64,000 bases of DNA from positions 51,052 to 115,051 of the forward strand of contig DAHXNY010000001.1 in NCBI GenBank assembly GCA_027365175.1, read 5' to 3'. Origin of the DNA: Candidatus Micrarchaeota archaeon (GTDB lineage: Archaea; Micrarchaeota; Micrarchaeia; Micrarchaeales; CABMGC01). The notes beneath the pieces are model-generated. The model saw only the letters and a list, made by a program, of their open reading frames with translations, was not told the origin of the DNA and searched no databases. Positions 1 through 8,981 of this stretch are shown here, piece by piece (position 1 is the stretch's first letter; each line of letters opens with the position of its first letter). The position numbers were made by a program, and so were the translations under genes.

Positions 1-43
1 ATAAGGTTTATTAATTTGGACTTTATCTTGGTATATTGTTGAT

Positions 44-259
44 ATGAACACTGCGATAGCTGAAAAGAGCGCTTATGAAGCAGGTGCGGCTGAAAAGGCG
101 ATTGCAGAAGGCCACGTTAGTAGAAGAGACCATGCATACGGAAAGGCGGTCAGGAAAGCGAGAGTATGGTCCAGCCTCGGCCAGCTGATTGAAGCGCAGA
201 AGAACGGAGCAATAAGACGTGAAGTGGTAAACTCTTTCTTCAGTGCCAAAAGGGATTGA
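44..259 (+). CDS. Small hypothetical protein
   Basis: 71-aa ATG ORF preceded by an AT-rich TATA-like sequence; converges on metG; no recognisable motif. Confidence 0.5.
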   Translation: MNTAIAEKSAYEAGAAEKAIAEGHVSRRDHAYGKAVRKARVWSSLGQLIEAQKNGAIRREVVNSFFSAKRD

Positions 260-284
260 TCGTTAAGGCATATGCGGAAAGGTT

Positions 285-1736
285 TCAGTCTACTCTGATG
301 AATAGAGGGGAGCCTTTCTTCGGCAGATAGCCTATTTTTGAGAATCTGCAATCCTCCAGCCTGCCTAATGGTATTCCCAACTGTTTGCTTATTTTCTCTG
401 CAGTCTCAGGCATGAATGGAGAAATCAATATAGATATTACCCTGCATGCTTCCACCGAATTGTATAGAGCATTTGAGAGCGCCTCTCCCTCAAGCTCCCA
501 AGGCTTGGTATCGTTTATGTACTTGTTAGAGGCTTTTATGAACCTCCATACTGTTTCCAGGGCCTTGTAGGTATCATATCGGTCCATCTCCTCCTGGAAG
601 GTCTTTAGTTCGAGGCTCTTTTCGAGCTCCGGCCTTCCTTCCAGCTTGCCTCCGGACTTCTCAGTCATTGTGAGTACCCTGTATACAAGGTTGCCGAGGT
701 CCGAGGCAAGTTCATTGTTGTTTCTTGCTTTGAGCAGCTGCTCTGAAAAATCGCCATCGTCTCCTAAAGGCATCTCCCTCATGAGGAAGTACCTGAGTGC
801 GTCTACGGAATATTTGTCTACGAGCTCCAGAGGATCAGTAACGTTTCCAAGAGACTTGGACATCTTCCTTCCTTCAACGATATAATGCCCTGTCACCAGT
901 ACTGACTTTGGAGGCTTGAAGCCTGCGGACATGAGCATGGCTGGCCATATGACAGCATGGAACCACATTATGTCCTTGCCTACAATATGTATGTCTGCGG
1001 GCCAGTACTTCGGCTCGGAGTCCGGCCAGCCTAGAGCGGAGAGGTAATTGATAAGCGCATCTACCCACACGTATACCGTGTGCTTCTCGTTGAATGTGAA
1101 GGGTATCCCCCACTTTACTGAAGGTCTGGTCATGCTTAGGTCTTTAAGCCCTTCCTTAACCCTGTTAACTATCTCCAGGGTTCTCTTCCTTGGAAGTATG
1201 AAATCCGGATTTTCAGAATAGTACTCAAGGAGCCTGTCCTGGTATCTGGAGAGCCTGAAGTAGTAGGTCTCTTCCTTAAGCTTCTTTACCTCCCTTCCAC
1301 ATTCTGGGCATTTCCCATCTATAAGCTGTGATTCTGGAATGAAGGTCTCATCGGGAGTGCAGTACCAACCCTCGTATACCCCTTCATATATGTCTCCGTT
1401 GTCATGCATCAGCTTGACAAAGTGCCTGACAGCTTTTTCGTGGCGCAACTCTGTTGTCCTTATGAAATCGTTGTTTGATATGTTAAGCTTCTTCCATGCT
1501 TTCCGGAAGCTTTCCGAAAGCTGATCCACATGCTCCTGCGGAGAGAGACCATTCTCCTGAGCCTTCTTTGCCACCTTCTCCCCATGCTCATCAGTGCCTG
1601 TAAGGAAGAATGTGTCATCGCCTTTTAGCCTGTGCCACCTTGCCAGTACATCCGCTACGGTGACAGCGTACGCATGGCCTATATGCGGCTTCCCGTTCAG
1701 ATAGAATATTGGCGTGGTTACGTAGAATCTCGGCAT
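285..1736 (-). CDS. metG: Methionine--tRNA ligase (short, single-knuckle form)
   Basis: PHIGHAY (HIGH), TGTDEHG, YVWVDALINY, KMSKS; knuckle CTPDE...CPEC; no C-terminal dimerisation domain. Confidence 0.97.
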   Translation of the reverse strand: MPRFYVTTPIFYLNGKPHIGHAYAVTVADVLARWHRLKGDDTFFLTGTDEHGEKVAKKAQENGLSPQEHVDQLSESFRKAWKKLNISNNDFIRTTELRHEKAVRHFVKLMHDNGDIYEGVYEGWYCTPDETFIPESQLIDGKCPECGREVKKLKEETYYFRLSRYQDRLLEYYSENPDFILPRKRTLEIVNRVKEGLKDLSMTRPSVKWGIPFTFNEKHTVYVWVDALINYLSALGWPDSEPKYWPADIHIVGKDIMWFHAVIWPAMLMSAGFKPPKSVLVTGHYIVEGRKMSKSLGNVTDPLELVDKYSVDALRYFLMREMPLGDDGDFSEQLLKARNNNELASDLGNLVYRVLTMTEKSGGKLEGRPELEKSLELKTFQEEMDRYDTYKALETVWRFIKASNKYINDTKPWELEGEALSNALYNSVEACRVISILISPFMPETAEKISKQLGIPLGRLEDCRFSKIGYLPKKGSPLFIRVD

Positions 1737-1809
1737 GTTGATACGAATCTAATTATACACTCAGTTATAAAGCGTTTCCTTCGGAAAGAGCACTTTTTGC
1801 ACATATCGA

Positions 1810-1828
1810 TGAATAGTGGAACTGCACC
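1810..1828. promoter_or_regulatory. 19-bp element TGAATAGTGGAACTGCACC in the metG/mcm divergent promoter, identical to 50640..50658
   Basis: Exact match read directly; lies about 16 bp upstream of TTATATAA ahead of mcm. Confidence 0.7.
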
Positions 1829-1892
1829 GGTAAGCGTAGTTAGTTATATAAAATATCGACATTGAGTTATACTTAGTCAGGGGGCTGATTTT

Positions 1893-3950
1893 ATGGACGT
1901 TATAGAAAAGGAGCAGATAGAGGAGAAGTTCCTTGAGTTTTACAATTCCTATTATATTGACGGGATAAACGAACTGTATCTAGAGTATCCTGAGAGGAGG
2001 AGCATAGACATTGACATAGGCAACCTTGAGAAGTTCGATATTGACCTGGCTACAGAACTCGTAAATGATCCTGATTCGATTCTGCCTGTTGCAAATTCTG
2101 CACTCGCTAAGCTGAATCCGCATGAAAAGGCGAAGGAGCAGGCGCATGCAAGATTCTTCGGGTCTAGCATAGATGCGCCTTTGATACAGAATGTCGGTTC
2201 TGAGTACATAGGCCGTATGATAACCGTGGATTCTTTGGTTGTCAAGAGGTCTGAGATAATACCTAAGATAAGTTTCGCAACCTACAAGTGCATGTTCTGC
2301 GACACTGTAGTAAAGGAGCAGATAACGAAGGAGGAGGTTCCTGAAGTCTGCCCTCAGTGCAAGAGGAAGGCGCTGAAGCAGATAAACAAGGAGTCGGAAT
2401 TCATAAACATGCAGAGGATTGCAGTTCAGGACCCGCTTGAGAAGCTGAAGGGCTCTACTCCAACATGGCAGCTTGAGGTATGGCTTGCGGATGATCTTGT
2501 CAACACCGTTCTTCCTGGAGACAGGGTGGAGATAACGGGCGTTCTGAGGATAAGGCCCAGGCGCGCGTTCCGTGGAAAGGAGGATAAGCTGCTCTTCACT
2601 GTTTTCTTTGAAGCCAACGCGATAATACATAAACAGAAGGAGTTTGCAGAGCTTGACATAACGGATGATGATGAGAGGCAGATAATAGAGCTTTCAAAGG
2701 ACCCGAGGATATTTGAGAAGATTGCAGAATCCATAGCCCCTTCCATATACGGACATGATGATATAAAGAAGGCTCTTGCTCTCCAGCTGTTTGGGGGCAC
2801 TCCGGACAAGCAGCTGATAGACGGAGGAATGATAAGGAACGATATACACATATTGCTCATAGGAGATCCTGGAAGCGCGAAGACAAGACTGCTGCAGGCT
2901 GTGACTAGCCTTGTGCCTAAAGGAATATATGTCAGCGGAAAGTCTACAAGCGCTGCAGGACTCACCGCATCCGCAGAGCGTGATGAGTTCTCTGAAGGCG
3001 GCTGGACGCTCAAGGCAGGTGCTCTGGTATTAGGATCCGGGGGAGAGGTCAGCATAGACGAATTCGACAAGATAGGAGAGGATGACAAATCCGCTCTCCA
3101 CGAAGCCCTGGAATCACAGACGATAAGCGTTGCTAAGGCAGGAATAGTAGCAAGATTCTCTGCGAAGACTTCGGTGCTTGCTGCTGCGAACCCAAAGTAC
3201 GGAAGATTTGAGACTACGGCTTATCCCGTTGACCAGTTCAACATACCTGCGCCGCTCATGTCAAGATTCGACCTGATATTCCCGATAAAGGACGTTATGG
3301 ACGAGGAGCAGGACAAGAAGATAGCAAAGCATATACTCATGCAGCATGAAGTTGCGGGAAATTCAAATGCAGGCATAACGATTGCGTTTGATGAGCTTAA
3401 GAAACCGCCCATGGACCATGAAATTCTTAGAAAGTACATAGCTTATGCAAAGAGGCACGTAAAGCCGAGGCTGACTCCTGATGCGTCTGCAAGGATAGAG
3501 GATTTCTACATACAGCTTAGGTCCAGAGGTGCGAAACAGGGCACTACTCCGATAACTGCAAGGCAGATAGAGGGACTGATAAGGCTTGCAGAGGCAAGTG
3601 CAAAATCCAAGCTTATAGACACGGTATCTGATAAGGATGCAGAATTATCAATAAAGCTGTTTGATTATATGCTGAGCACATTGGGAGTCGATAGCGAGGG
3701 CAGGAGGGACATAGACGTCATAATGGGCATACCTAAGGAGAAGGTGGCGAAGATTGGAAAGCTCCTCAACGTTATAAAGAAGATTGATGCGGAGGAGAAC
3801 GGGGCAAGGATGGTAAGGATCCTTGAAGAGGCAGAGAAGGAAGGTATCGACCGTTCCACAACAACCAGATATATGGCAGAGCTTGAGCGTTCAGGGGATA
3901 TCTACTCTCCTAAACAGGGAGTATATAAGCTTGTAAAGCGTGAGGAGTAG
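1893..3950 (+). CDS. mcm: Replicative helicase MCM
   Basis: Zn finger CMFC...CPQC, Walker A GDPGSAKT, IDEFDK, AAANP, SRFD arginine finger, ITARQ, C-terminal wHTH. Confidence 0.98.
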   Translation: MDVIEKEQIEEKFLEFYNSYYIDGINELYLEYPERRSIDIDIGNLEKFDIDLATELVNDPDSILPVANSALAKLNPHEKAKEQAHARFFGSSIDAPLIQNVGSEYIGRMITVDSLVVKRSEIIPKISFATYKCMFCDTVVKEQITKEEVPEVCPQCKRKALKQINKESEFINMQRIAVQDPLEKLKGSTPTWQLEVWLADDLVNTVLPGDRVEITGVLRIRPRRAFRGKEDKLLFTVFFEANAIIHKQKEFAELDITDDDERQIIELSKDPRIFEKIAESIAPSIYGHDDIKKALALQLFGGTPDKQLIDGGMIRNDIHILLIGDPGSAKTRLLQAVTSLVPKGIYVSGKSTSAAGLTASAERDEFSEGGWTLKAGALVLGSGGEVSIDEFDKIGEDDKSALHEALESQTISVAKAGIVARFSAKTSVLAAANPKYGRFETTAYPVDQFNIPAPLMSRFDLIFPIKDVMDEEQDKKIAKHILMQHEVAGNSNAGITIAFDELKKPPMDHEILRKYIAYAKRHVKPRLTPDASARIEDFYIQLRSRGAKQGTTPITARQIEGLIRLAEASAKSKLIDTVSDKDAELSIKLFDYMLSTLGVDSEGRRDIDVIMGIPKEKVAKIGKLLNVIKKIDAEENGARMVRILEEAEKEGIDRSTTTRYMAELERSGDIYSPKQGVYKLVKREE

Positions 3951-3960
3951 TGGTGTTTGA

Positions 3961-5154
3961 CTGGAGAGAAGAATAGGTTATAGGCAGCTGATAGAGATCA
4001 TAACGCTCTTCATGATAGTGCAGTTCTTCGGTCTCTTCATAGCAGTCTTTTCGCTCAATCCCGTGCAGACCGCTGTGATTTCAAGCAATACCAGCTCAGC
4101 CCTGAGCAGCCCTTATTTACAGGCAGCTTATGATGTAGTATCGATAGCAGTATTCACAATACTGATACTTGCAATACTACGGCTCTATAAGAACAAGGGT
4201 GCACTGCTCTTCAGGCTCGTCGAATCTTTCGCTGTTGGCTTCGGAACCATAGTTATGTTCTTCTTCATACTTACAACCATTTTCTACAATGTGAATGCCG
4301 TCTATACTGCTGCCGTTGCCGTATTGTTCGGTGCAATAGTGGTTATAGCAAAAAACAGAGTAAAGCATTTGAGGAATTTTGCTGCCCTCACTTCGAGCAT
4401 AGGCCTTGGGATAATAATAGGCAACTACGGCTTCGTTCTTGCATACGCCTTCATGTTCATAATGGCAATGTACGATTACATAGCCGTGTTTGTCACGAAG
4501 CACATGCTGGTCCTTGCGAAAGCTGCGTCTAATGAGAATCTCTCCCTGCTCATAGGCTCTTCCAATGTAGAGGTCGTGCCCAGGGCGCAGGCGGACAAGA
4601 AGATGCTTGCAGAGCTCAGGAATGAGGTTAAGAAGAATCAGATAAAGGATCCTATCATAAAGGAGGTGATAGACTCCGGAGAGATGCCTGTCCTGTCTCA
4701 GATACAGCTTGGTGCCGGCGACCTTACGCTTCCGCTCGTCATGTCGATTGGATTGTTTGTGTCTACAGCTTACTTCTCGGTCCCTGCCGGAAGCACAGCA
4801 ACAATAAACGTATACTACCTGCCTGTTGTTGCTGCTTTGGGGGCAGTTGCAGGGCTTATCTTTACAATGTGGCTCCTGAAAAGGTATTCGGTTGCGCTTC
4901 CTGCAATCCCGCCGCTCTTCGCAGTGATGAACTTTTTCATAGGGTTCGGAATGCTGGCTTACCCGAGGCCTGCAAATTTCCTGATAGGAATAGGCATACA
5001 TCAGGGTTCCCATATTGGCTATTATATGATAGCCGCGGGGATGATAGTCGTCGGCGCAGCCTTCCTGCTCCTCATGATGGTCACACTGGAAAGGAACAGG
5101 AATAGACAGAAGTCTGCTAAGACGTCAAAAGGCAAAACTAGACAAAAGTCTTAA
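3961..5154 (+). CDS. Presenilin/signal-peptide-peptidase-like GxGD intramembrane aspartyl protease
   Basis: Multi-TM; MYDYIAV (YD), LGAGD, PAIP motifs. Frame is open upstream of ATG 4012 to CTG 3961 (in-frame TGA at 3958, GGTG at 3952); start uncertain. Confidence 0.88.
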   Translation: MERRIGYRQLIEIITLFMIVQFFGLFIAVFSLNPVQTAVISSNTSSALSSPYLQAAYDVVSIAVFTILILAILRLYKNKGALLFRLVESFAVGFGTIVMFFFILTTIFYNVNAVYTAAVAVLFGAIVVIAKNRVKHLRNFAALTSSIGLGIIIGNYGFVLAYAFMFIMAMYDYIAVFVTKHMLVLAKAASNENLSLLIGSSNVEVVPRAQADKKMLAELRNEVKKNQIKDPIIKEVIDSGEMPVLSQIQLGAGDLTLPLVMSIGLFVSTAYFSVPAGSTATINVYYLPVVAALGAVAGLIFTMWLLKRYSVALPAIPPLFAVMNFFIGFGMLAYPRPANFLIGIGIHQGSHIGYYMIAAGMIVVGAAFLLLMMVTLERNRNRQKSAKTSKGKTRQKS

Positions 5155-5308
5155 ATATCTGATTCTTATCTAGTGTTCTTTGTTTGTTATGAAAAGTTTT
5201 TGCAGAGATAGCCGTTACCTGTACGCTATGTGCAGGATTTTAGCTATATTTGCCTGAGATAAAAGCGGTTGCGCTTTTGTTTTGTAAAAATATGATTGAT
5301 TAGAGTAT

Positions 5309-6685
5309 GTGCCTGGTGTTTCATTGGAGAAACAATTAAAAGAGATTTATGAACGTTGTTTTGACAAACGTGGCGAGAATAGGTTAAAGATCTCCCTAGA
5401 TCTCCCCATAGTAAGAACGAATGCGTATCACTTTGGAGAAGCTGCAAGAATAATCGATATGACAAACCTGATAAGGGAGATAGGAGCGGACAGTTCGTGG
5501 AATGTGTCTCCGAAAGGCTTTTTTGCGTCTAAGAGTTTTGATGGCAAGGAGACAAAGGTAGGTTCCAACTTCAGGAGCAGCGTGCTTGAGGTAAAGTTGC
5601 CTTTGGCAGCGAATCTGCATGAGACTGAGAGAATGTTGGTAGATGTATGGAACCACATAGCCAAGACTTCTGAAACTGCAAAGGTAGCGGCATTGGCATA
5701 TGGGAGCCAGCCATTATCAAAGGCTGATGATGACCTGATAATAAGGAATTGCAAGAACCGCGTCCTTGCCAGTAAATTGAATGACAGATTCTGCTATCTG
5801 GGGTTGATTGCGTCGGAAAAGGTGCACGTGAGGACAAATACCGAGGAGATGCCGATAGTTAATAATGTCCTGAATTATTACTCACCGGCTATAATCTCGC
5901 TTACTGCAAATTCTTCCATAATAAAGGGCAGGGGAGTAGGCTTTGCCGATTATAGAGGCGTGGTTATGGATATGGTAGACTTCCACGGTAAGGAAAAGAG
6001 GAAGGCGAACGCGTCCCGAAGGGGAATAATGCAGCCGGTTGGAAGCGTTGAGGAGTATGTCGATATGATGCTCAATGTCACTCCTTTGTATACTGTCAGG
6101 CAGGGAAGGATAGTCTCATTCAATGGCATAGGAATGTTCAAAGAGTTCATAAACAACGGAAGTATAGATGTTGTATTCGTAGACAGCAATGAGAAGATAA
6201 AGACCTCTCCGATTATCTCGCCTGTTCCTGTTGATTTCTTTTACCACGAACGCACCTGCTGGACAGATGCAAGACCAAGAGGCATGCATGGAACTGTGGA
6301 ATTGAATTCGGTTAGCATGCAGAGTAGCATAAAGGAGATTATGGCAGTTGGTGCGCTGACTTTGGGGCTGGCTGCGAACTCCAAGGAGGCATGGGAAGAC
6401 ATACGCAGGTATGACAAGGGATATCTGAGCTCATTGAGAAGGGAGGCTATGGAAAAAGGGGTTTCGTTAGGCATGTCAGGTTGCAGAGGCGTGGCTACGC
6501 TTGAATCGGTAATGTTGGATTACGCAGGCAGGGGATTGGAGATGATTGGAGAGGATGCAGGATACCTAGAACCTCTGCGCAGGAACCTGGAAGAGGCGAA
6601 GAGCCCTGCCAGAAGGAGCCTCGACTATTTATCTAAGAATGGCATGAAGGCGTTCATAGAAGCTGTAAGGATCAAGGAGGAGTGA
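5309..6685 (+). CDS. Glutamate--cysteine ligase (GCS2/GshA)-family homologue, degenerate active site
   Basis: LEVKLP, YGSQP, ASEKVHV, TANSS, HERTCWTDARPR..GTVEL, A.RGL...GED..YLEPL...SPA pattern. Confidence 0.7.
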   Translation: MPGVSLEKQLKEIYERCFDKRGENRLKISLDLPIVRTNAYHFGEAARIIDMTNLIREIGADSSWNVSPKGFFASKSFDGKETKVGSNFRSSVLEVKLPLAANLHETERMLVDVWNHIAKTSETAKVAALAYGSQPLSKADDDLIIRNCKNRVLASKLNDRFCYLGLIASEKVHVRTNTEEMPIVNNVLNYYSPAIISLTANSSIIKGRGVGFADYRGVVMDMVDFHGKEKRKANASRRGIMQPVGSVEEYVDMMLNVTPLYTVRQGRIVSFNGIGMFKEFINNGSIDVVFVDSNEKIKTSPIISPVPVDFFYHERTCWTDARPRGMHGTVELNSVSMQSSIKEIMAVGALTLGLAANSKEAWEDIRRYDKGYLSSLRREAMEKGVSLGMSGCRGVATLESVMLDYAGRGLEMIGEDAGYLEPLRRNLEEAKSPARRSLDYLSKNGMKAFIEAVRIKEE

Positions 6686-7286
6686 GAAGGTGTGCAGGTA
6701 TAGCTGCTGCCCCTACGACTCCTGCCAGTACGCTTGCGGCAAAAAGGGCGAGCCAGAATAGTATGAGCAGTATCTCCCAGCCCATCCATACGTTTTTCTG
6801 CAGACCTGGAAGCCTGTCGACTATTAATGACACCGGGTAACCGAGTATGCCTGCTGCTCCGTAGAAGAAGTACATTGCAAAAAGTGCTATTGGTTCCTGT
6901 GTGAGGCCTATCCCGTATCCCTCTATACCGTAAGCTATGACTATCAATCCTATCATGAGGCTGAGGAAGCCTGCATATTCAAGCTTTGTCTTCAGCCTTA
7001 TCGCCAGTGAAAATGAGATGAGAAGTATGCTGAATGCTACAAGCGGGTCGTAGAAGAGGATATTGTAGCTTCCAGGGAGCGGCCATGTGAATTGGCCCCA
7101 TAGGCCTGTGATGAACATGAATGCGCCCAGAATAGCCAATGGAATGCTTGCACTGTCAAGGTATTCTGAGAAATCTTTGCGCTTCCTTTTGTATACGAAG
7201 TACATTGAGCTTATGGCATATAAGAGCATGAATCCTGCCATGCTTATCGCAAACAGCGAGAATGCAAGATTGTCTATGAACGCCAT
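6672..7286 (-). CDS. DUF981-family membrane protein
   Basis: MAFIDNL start, GLWGQFTWPLPGSYNILFYDP signature, about 6 TM segments. Confidence 0.8.
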   Translation of the reverse strand: MAFIDNLAFSLFAISMAGFMLLYAISSMYFVYKRKRKDFSEYLDSASIPLAILGAFMFITGLWGQFTWPLPGSYNILFYDPLVAFSILLISFSLAIRLKTKLEYAGFLSLMIGLIVIAYGIEGYGIGLTQEPIALFAMYFFYGAAGILGYPVSLIVDRLPGLQKNVWMGWEILLILFWLALFAASVLAGVVGAAAIPAHLLTPP

Positions 7287-7340
7287 GAGTTAAATTCATT
7301 TGCAAGATTTTTAAATGCTCATTAATTTATAACTTGGGAA

Positions 7341-8009
7341 TTATGGCATCTTCTTTCTGAAGACCTCTATGAATGTGCGGACATTCGTCAGATTGCCCTT
7401 TCCCAGGTATTCCTCGACTTTGGAGAGCTGGGTATCTGCCTTTTGATGCAGCTCACTCAGATCCGCTGCATTTATTCCTGTGACAGCTATCCCTTTTTTG
7501 GTTCCGGATATCCTTACCTTAGGCAGTTTGATGCAACCGCTTTCCATGACTCCTAAGATCACCGGGGCTACCCTGTCAGGAGGATGCTGCGCATTAAGCA
7601 GGTATCTTCTTCCGAAGTTCTTTGCCATGCTGTCATTATGCACGTCCACTGAGAGAGGATAAGGTATTGCTATCTTTCTCACGTATACGTTTTTCTCTAT
7701 GTTTTCCACCTTTCCCAGAATAAGGTCGCCAGTATCCGTGAAGTTGTCGTTGAAGTTGTAATAATCCGATTTTAGAGGGCAGATTCCGCTCACGTAGAAC
7801 CATGAATCTTTCAACTCTTCTTTGAGCTTTGCATGCTTGTCGATTTTCAGGAAGGCGTCCTGGTAGTTGATAAGATGCAGGCCTTTTTCCTGCATATGCG
7901 CTACAGCAGCCTTAAGATTCGCATGTATATTTGCTATGAAGATGCCTGTTCCGGCAAACTCCTTGAATTCTATGTTTGTTCCTTCATTTTTGTGTATGAG
8001 ATGTTCCAT
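7341..8009 (-). CDS. Hypothetical protein, paralogue of 8059..8607
   Basis: Shares EKxL..I.Y..A...I.....L...LK..WFY and PLS....D.....GRR(Y/F)...A..P...VAPVILG with its neighbour. Confidence 0.75.
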   Translation of the reverse strand: MEHLIHKNEGTNIEFKEFAGTGIFIANIHANLKAAVAHMQEKGLHLINYQDAFLKIDKHAKLKEELKDSWFYVSGICPLKSDYYNFNDNFTDTGDLILGKVENIEKNVYVRKIAIPYPLSVDVHNDSMAKNFGRRYLLNAQHPPDRVAPVILGVMESGCIKLPKVRISGTKKGIAVTGINAADLSELHQKADTQLSKVEEYLGKGNLTNVRTFIEVFRKKMP

Positions 8010-8058
8010 AAAGTCTGCCTTCTATTATTACTCTGATTGTATAGAACACACGGTGCGT

Positions 8059-8607
8059 TCAGGCCCTGACTATCTTCTTTATTGCATTCTGATTGCCTGA
8101 ATCTGCCTGTGCAAAAGCTGCATTTTCTCTTAGAGGCAATGTTACAGTGCTCCTTGGACGTATGCCCAGAATCACCGGTGCCACATATATCCCCGGCAGG
8201 CCTGCATCTATTGTGAAGCGTCTGCCGCTTTCCCTTGTATCCTCATCGTTATTTATTATTATTGAGAGTGGCTTTTCTCCGAACCATGCATACAGATTCC
8301 TCTCAGGATCGCGTGTGCCATGGGTAAGCTTACCGCGCTTGTTGAAAAAGTAATGATTTACAAGCCTGTGGCCTTCCGGATCGTTTGCTATGTAGAACCA
8401 CGTGCCTTTTAACTGCCCCAATAGATTAGAGTCCTGGCTTATGTTTACCAGAGCTTCCTTGTAGGTTATAGGGCGCAACTCTTTTTCCTTCAGAAGCTCC
8501 ATAGACATTTTATAATCCGAATTTGCATGCCCAAAAAGGACCACGGTATTTGCAGGTTCTGCGAAGTCTATGGAAAACGTATACATCGGCAGGGTTTTGA
8601 GTGCCAT
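8059..8607 (-). CDS. Hypothetical protein, paralogue of 7341..8009
   Basis: Same shared blocks; tandem arrangement downstream of tRNA-Ile. Confidence 0.75.
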   Translation of the reverse strand: MALKTLPMYTFSIDFAEPANTVVLFGHANSDYKMSMELLKEKELRPITYKEALVNISQDSNLLGQLKGTWFYIANDPEGHRLVNHYFFNKRGKLTHGTRDPERNLYAWFGEKPLSIIINNDEDTRESGRRFTIDAGLPGIYVAPVILGIRPRSTVTLPLRENAAFAQADSGNQNAIKKIVRA

Positions 8608-8795
8608 AAAATCGTATCTGAATGGAATTATGATGATATAAAAGGCTTTTCTTCTGTATTAGACGAATGCGAAGGATTATTTATATTGAATGCCATAATA
8701 AGTTTTGCCCGTAACTGACCGTGGAAATGTTTGTGGAAAATTCGGATACGTGCTGGCAGTCAAGGAGTATGCCTTAACAGTTGATGGAAGAATGA

Positions 8796-8887
8796 TGGGC
8801 CCGAGGAGATTTGAACTCCTGACCTACGGCTAACTTAGGCTTGCGCCGTATAAGACCGCCGCTCTGACCAGGCTGAGCTACGAGCCC
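8796..8887 (-). tRNA. tRNA-Ile(UAU) with 17-nt intron at canonical 37/38 (8832..8848)
   Basis: GGGCUCG/CGGGCCC acceptor, GCUC/GAGC D stem, CU-UAU-A loop, AGGAG-UUCAAAU-CUCCU T arm; BHB CUUA/UAAG helix with GGC-GCAA-GCC intron hairpin. Confidence 0.93.
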
Positions 8888-8981
8888 ATGATTTATAGGG
8901 ATTAAGTTGCTTTATTTATATGAGTTTCTGTTTAACGGACTTATTTTATATAGCAGTTAATATAATATTATATGTGATTTT

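Noticed and set aside
7950..8009. LIHKNEGTNIEFKE resembling a Schlafen/AlbA_2 N-terminus
   Set aside because: No downstream A.AN..GG motif; the segment aligns with IDFAEP in the neighbouring paralogue
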